DNA of 51,339 nucleotides, filler included, from Jimgerdemannia flammicorona (GCA_003990765.1; 2 parts of 2 records of this genome joined end to end with filler, not necessarily neighbours in it); one strand, 5' to 3'; counted from the whole stretch's first letter, positions 35,601 through 48,600 are shown. Numbers and translations: made by a program. The notes: generated by a model not told the origin, from the letters alone.

Positions 35601-36069
35601 TGTAATGTAGTGGATGCTTACTCTTGAAAGTATGTCAGATTTCTGTATCTTGAAAACTTGACTGTTCTGACTCTCACAGAGTCTCTTGAAGTTGCAGGGG
35701 AGGGTGGTTGAGTTTGAAGTGTATCTGTCTGCAGGCTTACTTAGTTCCTTTGCTATCTCTTTACTTTGAACTATTTTGATCTGAGGTTTATTCACTTGAA
35801 GATACTGGGTTATTTATACAAGTTTTGCTAGCTATGAGGTGATTACTGGATTATGTGGCTAAGTTATGAGTCATTTAACACTTTGTGAAATGTTTCGCCA
35901 GTTGCGAAATGCTATACTATATTGGGGAGCTCGATCTTGCACTTTGCGAAATATTTAGCAAGTTGTGAAATCGAGGACTGTTAACTATGTGGCTATACTG
36001 CTTTAGGACTGAGTGTGATCAAGTATCTATTCCCTATTTCCTTCTTCTGAATATGGCTATACTATCACA
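35601..36069 (-). repeat. 5' LTR (469 bp)
   Basis: Direct repeat of 29361-29829, followed by PBS on the minus strand. Confidence 0.96.
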
Positions 36070-39000
36070 ATAGTTTATCAGTTCTTGATCTCTTAGTTAT
36101 ATGATTTGCACAATTGTATAAAACTCACAATTATATAGATTATATAGATATATAGATATCTCAACTATATAAAATAACTCATAGGAAAAAAAGTCCAACT
36201 TAGTTACTATATAGCTAGTAAACGTATATAAATATTTCTAGTAACTAGAGTAAACAAACCTCATATCAAAATAGTTTAAGTAAAGAGATAAGAAACTAGT
36301 AAGCCTATAGATAAATATACTTTAAACTCACCTATTTCTATATCTGAGAACTCTAAGAAGTTAAAAAATATCAAATATTCAAGATAAAGAAATTTATCAT
36401 ACTTTTGCTAATATATCTACTATGTTATAACTTAGTGTTTATTGGTTAATAATTTAAGATAAATCTCTCACTTTTAAGCTAAATAATGAACAACTACTAC
36501 TACTCAAATATACACTCAAATTGAATCAAGATATCTAGATAAAATAGATATAAGACTACTAGTATTTTATAGATATACCTCTAATAAATCAATCATCACT
36601 TTCTTTGAGTAATATGTTGCTATGAGAACTTTATCAGTATAACAACAAGTAGCTCTAATGCTATTCATTCTATGAGAATCAGCAAGAACTATATTTATAA
36701 CTATAGATTATACTAAAAATAATGATATTGTAATATTAGTAGCATAGAAAGCCTAGTTGTAAGTTACTTACTATATAGACAAAATTAAGCAAGCTCTGAA
36801 GAACTAACTCAACACCATCTACTAAAGAATGAATGAAGATCTAAATACCTTCTATACTTAAATCTACTATTAGATAATTTTGGCTGATTATGCTAATACT
36901 ATTAGAAATTAAGTAGCCAAAGTAATCTTCATGAAAGAAATTTACTTAGAGATAGTTATAGCAATCTGATCAATACTAATAGTCTTAAACTTAATACAGA
37001 GGGTGACTTACATATACTCAGTAATATTAAATAGCCAGACACTCTCAAGACTATATAATAGAGAGAGTTACTGAAATTAGAATTAAAGTACTCAAGATGA
37101 TCAGTATAATTTTTATAACTATAATCAATTGAAATATATCTCAACTAAAGACTATATAGCAGTAGAGGAACAGTGATCCTAGAGGAACTTACTAAGAAGT
37201 TACTGAAATAACTGCTTATCTAGAAGATATAGTAAAAGAAATTAGAAAAAGAGATTATTATCTAGTTCAGAAGTTTGCTACCACTACAGACAAGAAGAGG
37301 AGAATTTGCTATACTTATGGAAAAGAAGGTCACTACTCCTATGAATGTATGAGTGGGACCAAGTATAAGACCCAGTCAAGTAATGCTACTAGAAACTATG
37401 AATAGATCAATATCATCACCTTTGAAAAGATTAGAGATTCAGAGGAAGAAGAAGAATGAGAAGCTTATTTAGCCCTCACCTCTAAGAAAGATATCTACCA
37501 GAAACCCTATAAGAGACCACTAGGAGAACTCCAAAAAAAAAGTAGTAGAATAGCCTATAGAAGAATAAACAGAAATATTTATAAAAATTGAAACCACAGT
37601 TGAAGAAATGAATCAAGATATGAAATACAAATAAGCAGTTAAAGATATTATTTAAGACAATACTTCTGCTAGAAAAGAAGAGAAGGAGAAGAAGTTATAA
37701 AAGAGCAAAACTTTCAAATATGATATATTCAAGAATCTCAGCTAGTAAAAAGTCAATACAATCTTTGGACAGTTAGCAGAAATCCCTATCTTCAGACAAT
37801 AAATGAGACTGAAACTTACTGAAATAGTTAAGGATCAAGAGTAGAAGATAGTTAAGGCTAACAATATATAGGAGAATTCAGGTAAAGAAAGTAAAGAAGA
37901 TAACTACAAGATATCTACCTATGCTATCTATCAGATTGAGGACAGAATCTTTGAGGTCATTATTGATATAGAAGCAAAAGAATGTCTCTTTAGCAAAAAA
38001 GCTATAGAGAAGTTATGAAACTGATATTTATTATAATAGATAGTATAAGAGCTATACCTCTAGAGAAGATTTGAGATATCTCTATTAAGTTCAGAGGAGC
38101 AACTATTTCAGTAGACATGATTGTTACAAATACTACTAACTATAACATTCTCATTGACAACCAGTGGCTTCACAAGGCTAAGGCTATAATCAATATAAAC
38201 TCCTAGAAGCTACAGATTGTCTACTAAGGACAAAAGATATAAATTCTCATTAATGTCAATAAAGGAGTACTTTCTGAAATAAAGAAAGAAAACAGTAAAC
38301 AAGAAAAAGTCTATATAATAATTACTCAGAAGAAGAGGAAGAAGGTCAGATAGATTAGTGAAGAATATTAGTATAAGAAGATTACTGAAAAATATGTCTC
38401 ATAAGGAGTATATCCTTATAGAATTTGAATATACTATATGAAGTATATAGATAAATACTATCAATACATTGCTAAGATCTATAAGATTCATTAAAATGAG
38501 AAGAAAAGAAGACAGAAGTAGCAAGAAAAGGAAGACCAGAAGAATGAACCACTAGCCCTCCTAGAGGATAGTGTTGATGAAGAAGAAATCAAGATCAAAA
38601 TTTAGAGAATTTATCCTGATGCAGTCCTGCCAGAATACAAGTCAGAAAATGCAGTCAGAATAAATATTATCATTGTTGAGAAGATAATTCTTGAATCTCA
38701 GATAACTACTCTACTTGCAACTAGTCTAGAGATAACTATTTCCAAGGATTATATTGCAATACTCAAGACAAGAAGTGGTCTAACTAAGAGTAAAATTTCA
38801 ATTAAAGAAAGCATTATTAATTTTGATTATATTAGAGAAATCTTACTTATTACCAGAAACTACAATTTTATAATTCTGTTTATAGTTAAAAAAAAAGACT
38901 AACTTATATAAATATAAATCTTCCCAGTATTATAACTCAAGATTTTAGAAGTAAAAAAGCTAGAGAAAATAGAAAGAGGAAGAAAAGAATTCAGATTCAC

Positions 39001-40288
39001 AGGAAGAGAAGTTTTTATCAGTACTAAGATTGCCAAATTAAACCATAAGAAGGAGGAAATTTTAGATAAGTATAGCTATATTATTAGAAATAAATTTTTA
39101 TTCAAAAAGGAACTTAAGAAGCTATTATATAAATATGAAGATGTTTTTGTTATCAATTTTAAGGATAATAAAAAAAAGATACTATACTACTATTATGATA
39201 TAGATATAAGAGATACTAAGCCAATCTACTAAAGAATAAGATCAATTTTACCAGTATATTATAAATGGCTCAGAGAGATCAAGCAGATGGAAGAAGCTAA
39301 TATCATTAAGAAAACTATTAGTCCTTAGTCCTTACCAATCATACTAGTCTTAAAGAAAGAAAACAAGTTAGGAGAATTTACTCCAAGACTCTATACTAAC
39401 TACAAAAAGCTCAATGAAGTTATTAAGAAAGATTGCCAACTACTGCCACTCATCAGTAACATCCTGGTAATATTAGAAGATAAAGTACAAAACTACACTA
39501 TCTTGAATTTATACTCAGAATTCTATCAAATTAGCCTTACTAAGAAAACTAGTAAAAAGTCAGCCTTTATTACTCTAGATAGAATCTATGTCTATTTGTG
39601 AATATTATTTGAAATGTGTAATACTCCAGTAAGTTTCTAGAGAAAAATAAACAAGATCTTCTGAGAAGATATAGGAAAATAGATAATGGTCTATATAGAT
39701 AATATAATTATCTTCAGTAAGATAGTTAAGGAATATCTGAACTATATCTATTGAATCTTACAGAAACTGAGAGAGTATGGTCTATTTATCAAGCCAAAGA
39801 AGTATAAGTTTACAGAAATCGAAATCTTCTATCTTAGATATATTATTAACCAGACTAAAATCTATACAGACTCTATTAAGATTTAAGCAGTTATAGCCTA
39901 TCCAAAGCCTACTATAGTTACTGAAGCTCAAATCTTTATGAGACTCATTACTTATTATAGAAATTTATCCAAGGATTCTCCAATATTACAAACTCTATTT
40001 ATAAATTATTCAAGAAAAATATCAAGTTTCAATAGACTGATAGACAGCAATAAGCTTTTGAATATCTTAAGGTCTGTTTGATATAGGTATCTATCTTGAG
40101 AAGATCTGACTGATCTCAAGAGTTCATCTTATAGATAGATATAAGCTCAATCAAACTAGAAGCTATATATTCTTATATAAAAGAAGGATAAGATCAAATA
40201 TATAATTATATATCTCAGTTGAGAAATCTGTGAAAGAGAAAGAGAATATAGATTCTATAAGCTAAAGTATTTTATTATAATAAAACTA
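36070..40288 (+). mobile_element. Older, hypermutated copy of the dUTPase-Gypsy family (5' LTR split into ~29263-29360 and 36070-36429; gag to RNase H)
   Basis: Colinear with the reverse complement of ~35900-31740: knuckle ~37307-37347, protease ~37965, dUTPase ~38590-39003, RT VYIDN ~39690. Truncated in RNase H. Confidence 0.92.
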
Positions 40289-42572
40289 TATAATGACTTT
40301 CTATCTTAAGTTCTGAGTTCTTGAGAAAGTACTGAGTTCTAATTGTCTATTATGGTAGAGTTCAGATATTACTTTTGAATTCTTATACTGGTAAAAGTAT
40401 TATGCTTATATCCTAAGTTCATCAGACTCAGAATTATTAACAAGTTAGATCTGAGAGTTCTATGATAAGAATACTACTTTATTCTTGAGTTCAGAGAAAG
40501 TAGAGCTGAGATTATAATACAGAGTATTTATATATATTTGAATACTATAGCTAAATATAATATACTAGATATATTTATACATAGTTATACTATAATGACT
40601 GCTAGTTGGAATTTCTGTTGAAATTTTTGTTGAAATTTCTGTTAGAATTTCCAGAGACTTATAGATATATGTAATAATTTATTATATCCTTCTCTTCTTT
40701 ACTTGAGTCTACTTGTTAGACTCAGTACTAAACTCTAGATATTTGTCAAATTGAAAAGCAGTATACTGGACTATCTAAAAAACAATTTCACTCTATTATT
40801 CATCACTCAAATTGACAATATTCTCAGAAGATACTCTATAGAGATAGTTGAGGACTTAGAGTTAGATACAGAAAAGAACATAGAGTCTTTTGGTAATAAC
40901 ATAGATATAGTTGTCAATGAAAAGACAGGCTCATTATTTGGCAGCACTGAGAGTAGCTTATTGATAGATGAGATATCCTATCATAGTACTTCTTAAGTTC
41001 TTATTAGTAGCAAAAAGCCTGAAAGAATTAAATTCTTCCAAGATATTATTGGGCTTTATTTGGATCAGAGTTTCTAGAGATTAATATATTAATGGATGAG
41101 AGTTTTGTAGAATTCTATTGATATTCAATTGCTCTAAGAATGATAGTAGTAATCTTATTCTTGACTAATTCTCAGTATCATTACTGAGTACTTATATTAG
41201 AGAGTAGGTTTTATATAGAATTGTTTCAAGATATTTATACTTTTTTTTACTAAGGTTATTTAGAGATATAACTGTCTTTTGAAAATTCTGTCAGAATTTC
41301 TATTATATGATATTTATATTAAATTACTACTTCTTCTGCATTTGGCAAAAGATTGTCTTCTTTTTTCTAAGTAGCATTATACTCAAAGTATCCTTTCTAT
41401 TTCATGAGGTAGTATTTGGGTAGGCTTAGCAGCTTATTCAAATTAGTGATTCTTATGATTTAGAATGTAGTCTACTTTATATTCTAGTTACTAATTAATA
41501 ATTACTAGATCTGGAAGTAGTATGGTTCTCTCTTTAAAGATATTTAGAGTATATAACTGAAGTTGAGATATATAAAACACTGGGTAAATTCTTTCTAGTA
41601 TTATCAGAAGGTCCAACTTATATATAATAGATCTATATTTTTTAAGAATCTAAAATAGTTCAATATAGTGAGGTCTAAGTTTCTTTTTTGGACCTATGTT
41701 ACTCAGAGTTAGGTATTGAGTACTAAGTAATACTTGTTCTCCTTTTTCATGAGTAACTTCTCTTTTATTTTTATTAGTATATAATATTTATATTCTTTAT
41801 ACTTCTATAAGAGCATCTCATACTTACTAAATATTATCTTATATGATATCAGTAATTTCTTATACTACTAGTACTATAGTTTGAGTGGTAACTATAGAAG
41901 TTTGTAGGTATTATCTATAATTTAAGTAGAATGACATCATCTTGGTACTTGCACTTAAGCTGTTATTGTATATAAATTTAGCTAGAGTCAGCTTTTCATC
42001 TCAATCATTTTGCTTATAGCTGCAATAGATATTAAGTATCTACTTCAGAGTTCAATTAGTTCTTTCTGTCTAACTATCTATTTGTAGATGATATACTATA
42101 GACATTTTCAGTTGTACTCTTAAACTTGTGAAGAGTGCTTGCCAAAGTTACTTGTAAACTTTATATCTTAGTCTGAGATGATTACTAATAATAGTCTATG
42201 AAGGCAGAATACATTGTCAATAAATAGCTATGCTTTTCTAGTACTATTACAGTAGTAGTTATTGTAACAAAATGAGCCTGCTTGCTATGAAGATAATAAT
42301 TACATTCCTTTTCTTCTTATTTTTTAGCAACTAGACAATAAAGTCTATTCCAATATAGTCTTAATTTTAGATAAAAATTGATAGCAGTTATAGAGTACTG
42401 ACTAGTGCCTGGTTGCTAGACTTATATCTTTAGCAGATATTGTAGAATATAATGTAATTCTTGATGTTAGATATTATTTTGGGCTAATAGAAGTCTCAGG
42501 CAATATATTTGTATATCTTGTCAAAATCCATATATCTGACTATAGGTATATTATATAGTTCTTACAGAATTC
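40289..42572 (-). mobile_element. Second decayed chromoviral Gypsy 3' half (integrase, chromodomain, accessory ORF, PPT, ~400-bp 3' LTR at ~40289-40687)
   Basis: Minus strand: IGIDFIV, SKQAHFV, ISD*DIKFTSNF, TERTN*TLK (42350-42030); chromodomain YLMK*KGYFEYNAT*KKEDNL (~41410-41350); PPT aaagaagagaagga at ~40688-40701. Confidence 0.8.
40750..41190 (-). pseudogene. Decayed accessory ORF of the second chromovirus (limits approximate)
   Basis: Minus frame YVITKRLYVLFCI*L*VLNYLYRVSSENIVNLSDE**SEIVF*IVQ (~40903-40766) aligns without gaps to the accessory ORF at 29867-30326. Confidence 0.6.
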
Positions 42573-42663
42573 ATAAGTAGATATCAAACATTCAATCCAA
42601 CAATTATCTACAAGCCTGATAAGACACTTGTAGTACCAGATATCTTATCCAGATGCCCAGATC

Positions 42664-45605
42664 TTTTTTTTTTTTTTTTTTTTTTTTAAAGTCCCTTGGA
42701 CTCCGTCTTTATTACCAGTCTATGAATAAGTACACAATATCACCACCCACTATCCGATCCCCATTGGGTGGCCCCACCCCACCTCATCACGTATAAAGAC
42801 CACCCTCTCACCAACAACTCCAACTCTCCCACCACTCTGACCACAGATTTTCACCACCAAGTGGTGCCTCCAACCCCCCTGCAGCCCCCAACCAAGCCAC
42901 CAGCCTGTCAAGATATCCTCCATAAGGAACTGCCACCTTGCTAACTGGCTCCCCAAGCTCGGTTGCTTCTCCTTCTCAAATACAAATAGCCAGTAGCTGG
43001 CCAGCCCAACCCAAATAGCCAATGCCCAGCCTAGAGTAATCCACTCTTCCCCAACCCCTCCTATCAATCGATCCCTCAGGTCCTCCCACCTCCCCCATAC
43101 CATTCCTGCTTCTCATTCCTCTCCCTCTATCTGTCCTGTCTATCTCTGTATCCCATACCATGTTGAAGTCACTCCCCAGACAGTCCAACCCAACCTTGCC
43201 CATGACACTGGCCTCGTTCAAACTGCAAATCCAATCCACCCATTCCCCTCTCTCTGCTGGGCAGTAACATGACCCAACTGTCAATGGGCTCCATCCTGAC
43301 CTCTTCTACACTCCCAACACCAACCAAGACCCCCAATGTTCAATGTCCCCAATGTCCCCCATCCCTTTATGAATGAGGATACCCACCCTCCCCATCCATA
43401 CCACAGCCCCCTCCCATTCTCTAGTCCAATCCTGTAAGTCCACATCCTCCTCATAATGGACATCCTACAGTAAGAAGAGATCCACATCCAGTCCCTTTAG
43501 CCATCCAAAGATGTACTTCCCCCTAGCAGCCCCCCACAACCCATTCAAGTTTATAGAGAATATTCTAGTTATACTGTTCATATTGATTGAATTTGAGATC
43601 CCAGCCTAGTATTCCATACTTATCTCATCCCCAGCCAGATCCAAGCACCTCTCTACTTCCAAGTTCCCCTCTGTGACAGTCTGAGCATCCAATGCCTCCA
43701 AGATTTCCTGACATTCCACCCCATCCACCATCTCCATCTCTGACTGGTAGTCTGTGCAGACTATCCTCCACTTCTCTAATTCCTTCCTTGAGCTCCACAA
43801 GTATACTGCCCAGTCATTCACAATTCCCTTAAGTTCCTCCTCCCTCTGATCATTGACCTGGTATTCAACTGATTCCAAAAAGACTGCCAGGATCTCATTC
43901 CCCACCTTCCTCAGTACCTTCTCTCCCTGAAGGATTTCCTCTCAATGCCTCTCTTCCATAACCCAGAAGTCCTCTCCCCCCAGCTCCTCTGCTGCCACTC
44001 CTTCCAGAGTCTTCCACAGCTACTTCTCATCATCCACCACCTCTGCCACTCTCTGGGTGACCTGACCACCCCCCACCTCTGGGTCCACCAAAGCACTCCT
44101 TCTCACTGACTCATCCCACTCCTCATCTGATATATTCAGTAACTCCTCCTCCCTCTCTGCCCCACCTGGGACACTATACTAAGGGTGTACTCCTTCGCTC
44201 ATTTCTGCATCTGCCTCCACACCACTATCCCTCTTCTCTCTCAGTCCATCCTAAGCCCTGCCCTAGGCCATCCTGCTTCCCCTTGCCCAGGCACTCTCCT
44301 GCAATCCCACTTTTCCATCCCCTGTGCTACTGCCTTCCCCACTACCACCCAGCTTTGCCAGCAACTCCTTCTGGATTCTCCTCCCCTGCATCTTCTCCCA
44401 GGTCACCCGATCCATCCTGAACCTCTTCCCATCAACTACTTCCACCACTGTCCTGGCCTCATGCTCCTTCCAAGCCAATCTCCTCCTCTCAACCGCTTCT
44501 TCCAGTTCCTCCAGAGTCTCAAGCAAGTATTCCTCCTATTCCTGAGTCCCCTTCACCCTTGTGACCTTGTACTCCACCAGTCCCCACTTCAGAGCTGCTG
44601 GCCAGTCTCTTGTCTTCCCCATGTTCTCCTTTCCAGCCAGCCTCACCCAGATGTTAATGTCATCAGTCCAGAGCTCTGTACCCTCCCAGACCTTGAATCT
44701 AACATCCACAATCTCCCCATACTCCTTGATCACCCCCACAATCAACTCTCTAGCCCTCTCTCTCTCAATACTATAGGAAGATCCAATACCATCAACTGCA
44801 CCACTTGGGGGTCCCAGCACATGCACCTGGCCATAGAGACCATGATCCTGCCCACTATCACCCTCTTCACCATGGCAGCCAGCAGTGTATCTTCATCCTC
44901 AAACCCCACCTTGACCCCTTCTTTCCTCTTCAAAAACTTCACTGATGCTACCCCTTTTATCTCCTGCACCACCAGCCCTAAGATCATCCTCATAGTTACT
45001 GCCAAGCCCCTGAAACACATTGTGACAGCAAATTCTGACCTTGATTTCTTGAGTAACAGTGCTGACACCATGCCCATCACCCCATCTGCCAGGTCCCTGG
45101 GACTTGTGCCCACCCCCTGTCCTGAACCAGCAACTGTCATCACATCTGGATTTTTTTCCAGATCCCCAGTCACAGCCCCATCAACAGTCACATCTTCAGC
45201 CCCTACACCCCCCCTTCCTCTACCACCAGACACTCCTCTGGGCACTCCTTCCTGTCCTCCAGCAGTAGCCATTGATACCTTCCCCAGGCCCAGCCAGCCA
45301 TCCAGACCAGAGGCCATTCTCTCCATCTTGACCTTATTAGCAAAGGTCGACCTCTCCCTTCCTCACTGCCTCAGGCTGCCCCTCCCTCTACTACCAGAGC
45401 CCCAGCCAGCCATCGAGGTCCCTGGTATTCCCAAACCATCTCCCCTCCTCCCCACTTGCTGCCAGCCAAAGGCACCACTGTCCCCCTGGTCAGCATGCTC
45501 ACCAGTTCGACCATTGCTGTCTATGTTGATAGTCATCTATCATTAAAAACATTGTAAAAAGTGTTGTCTGAGTCTTGTGTCACCTGAATGTTACTGGTGA
45601 AAGTG
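42664..45605 (-). mobile_element. LINE copy E: 5' end, ORF1, endonuclease N-part fused directly to the 3' end (internal deletion removing RT), poly(A)
   Basis: ORF1 stop at 43606; ORF2 ATG at 43581 (RIFSINLNGL); GSDFN..DR is joined to RWEDLRDRL at ~43095; poly(T) 42664-42687. Confidence 0.88.
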
Positions 45606-45614
45606 CCAGTGCAG

Positions 45615-48600
45615 TACCTTTCTCCTGTACAATTCACATTATACCAACTTCAAGCAATAGTTTTCAACATAACTCAGAGAAAAGGTCCTATAAAAATGTC
45701 ATTGAGCAAGAGTTCCAATGGGTATGCTGGGTCAGATAGACCTGGGGCATTCAGCTAGCAGAATGTGGGGAGAGGCTATTGACTGGGGATGGGGGCCTTT
45801 GGAGGGTTGAAGGGTAGAGAGGAATTTGGTGAAGAACTGGTATCAGGTGGAAGTGGGGGAAGACCTGGCCCCCCTAGCTTTGCAGACAAGGTGAAGGAAA
45901 GTGGATGGCCAGTTGGAGCTAGGGCTGGTGCTACTGAGGGGAAGGACAAGGCTAGTATTGGTAGGGGGAGTGGTACCCAGGCAAGGGATGTGAGCATAGG
46001 GGCTGGAGGTGTTGTGGCTAGGGGTGGGACTGCTGATGGGAGTGTGACAGGGAATCATGAAAAAAAAAGAGATGTGATGGCTGATGGCAAGGTGGAGCAG
46101 GGGTTCCCAATGCAGAAGGGGGACCTAGTGGATGATATGATGGGGCTAGTGTTGGCACCATTGCTCAAGAAGTCAATCTCAGAGTTTGTGGCTACCTTGT
46201 ACTTCTGGGGCTTGGCGGTGATAGTGAGGATAGTCCTGGGGCTTATCTTGAAGCAGATGGCTGGAGCCACTTCAGTGAAGTTCCTGAAGGGTCTGGAGGG
46301 GGATGAGGTGGGCTTTGAGGAGGTGGGCCCACTGGACAAGACTCTGAAGACTGGAGTAGAGGTCAGGGAAGTGGTGGTCCCTATAGTGTGCTGTCTAAGG
46401 TGGGACCCCAGAGTGGTTCAGCTGTTGGTGAAGAGGGTGCCTATAGTAACAGCAGTTGAGACAAGGAGGAGGATTGAGGAGGTAATGACAGGGTATAGTG
46501 ATGTAGTTGATATTAGTTTTCAAATATAAGAGAGGACCACCATCAGGACTGGAGATATTAACATCAGGATTCGGCTGGCAGAAAAGGAGGCCACTGGAAA
46601 GACAACTGACTGGCCATCAGTGATACTATGGGGGGCTTTCATCTGTCAGGTATCAAGGGTGAAAGGGAGTGAGGAGGAGGAGGAGGATCTGTTAGAGGCT
46701 CTGGAGGAGATGAGTGGAGCTGTTGAGCAGAGGGCAAAGGTGTGGAAGAAGTATGTAGAGTCAATGCATTTGGAGATTGTGGAGAGAAAGCATGTCTGCA
46801 CTGATAGGGAGCAGTGGGAGAGGACACAAGGGTATAAGAGGAAGAGAGAGCTGTTGGCAAGTATGGAGAGTAGAGCAAAGAAGAATGATGACAGTGTTGA
46901 GGAGACTGGGGGAGCCAAGGTGAGTGTCTGGGATGGGAGGATTGTCAAGAAGGATCAGAAGGGAGCTGTGAAGTCGCTATCCAATGACCCTTATGCAGAT
47001 GGTACCATCGAAGTCTGGGAACAGGACTTGGATGATACTCCCCCCCCTCTTATCAGGAGGGGTCCTGCTGTGAGAAGCTGGGGGGTGGAGGACATACCAA
47101 TGTGTGGTGCCCAGCAAGTTCATTTTGGGGTTCCTGATGTGGAGAAAGGGGGTCAGCTGGTGGCAGTTGGAGAGGATGAGCTGGTGGACATTACAGAGGA
47201 GAAGTGAGATGAGTCTGCAAGTATAGGAGCAGATATGACAATCCTGAGTACAGGAAGGCCAGCATCTCCAGGAGGGAAGGAGGTGGGGAACCTTCTGTAG
47301 ATGAGCAAGATGATGAATAATTTTGCAGCAGAAGAGTTGGGTGAGGTGGATTTGAGGGTCATGAGTGAGGAGCACTGGGCAAGGATTCTGCAGTGAGATG
47401 GGGTAGTAGAGGTGCTGAAGGCTGAGGTGCTTGTGATCTTTCTGAAAGAGAAGAGGTATGAGGTTAATAAGGAAAGAGAGACTAAGCTAGCAATTGTGGC
47501 TGGTAAAAGGGCTGCATACTATTCATAGGTTGCAGCTCTGGCAGGAGGCATATCTGGAGTATTAGAAGAAGTTTGAGGAAAAGGAGGATGGAGAGATGGC
47601 TGAACTTCTGGTGGGATTGGAGGTGGAGATGACTGTAGAGGAGAAAGTAGATGGCAAACACAACCTGGACTTGGTAAGAGAAGAGATGAATGTGGACTTG
47701 TAGAGGAGGAGCAGAACTTCTAAACATTATTCCCAATGAACAGTACAACCAATATTTTTTCTCTGAATGTGAATGGTCTATAGGGCTCTGGTTAGCATAA
47801 GAACATTTTTACTTAGCTTAAGAGATTGGAGGCTGATCTTTTTCTGTTACAGGATGTTTGATGTGAGGATGATAAGGATCAGGAGACATGGACTAGAGAA
47901 TGGGGAGGATCTGCAGCTTGGATTGGCAAAGTGGCAATTTTGGTGCAAGGTAGTAAAGGGGACTTTGGTGGAATAAGAAGCTGGGGGGATCATTTGGTGT
48001 GGGGGGAGTGGCATAGACCTGGGTGGGCACTAGTGAGGGTTGGATCCTACTACTGCCTGGCAGTTAGGTGTGAGCAGATTGCTTGGATTAAGGGTCTTTT
48101 GGAAGAGGGTTCTTTACTGGAGGAGGGGGTCAATATTCTGGGTGAGGACTTTAATATAGTGTGAGATATGCAGTTGGATAGAACTGATGGAGGGAGGAGT
48201 ACTGGAGATAGGAGTGGTTTGGACACATGGAAGGAGGTAGAGAATCTTAGCTCACTGGAAGATATAGAGAGAATAGAGTGGGGAGATAGGCAGATTTACA
48301 AACACTGAATGAATGGACTGGGTACAAGGATTGACTAGATCCAGACAGCTGAATGCTGGGGAATAGATGTTTGGAAGTCTCTGGAGATGGAGTGGTGCCC
48401 ATGGTCTGATCATTGGGGTCTCTTGGGGCAGGGGCAGTTTGGGTGGAGTGGAGATAGACCCAGACATTGGCACCTTAACTCCTCCCTACTGGTTGAGAAA
48501 GTTTTGTGGGATCTATGGGTAGAGGACATCCAAGTGAAGATTGCTGGCTGGATATGTGAGGGTTTGCCAGTGGGTATCCAATGGTTAAAGTTGAAAGAGA

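Larger units (their letters stand above)
29361..36069 (-). mobile_element. Structurally complete Ty3/Gypsy LTR retrotransposon encoding dUTPase (gag-PR-dUTPase-RT-RH-IN-accessory ORF), inactivated
   Basis: 469-bp TG...CA LTRs, ATAG TSD (29357-29360 / 36070-36073), PBS and PPT. CYTCGEEGHYSYEC knuckle (~34670-34712); protease IIDMGVG; dUTPase; RT CVDYRKLN/MPFGMCNAP/YVYD; RNase H LQTDAS; integrase with KGPY. Internal stops and frameshifts. Confidence 0.96.

Noticed and set aside
44185..45546. 453-aa + strand ORF
   Set aside because: Antisense shadow of G-rich LINE ORF1; Pro/Ser/Leu-biased, and the equivalent frame is not consistently open in other copies.
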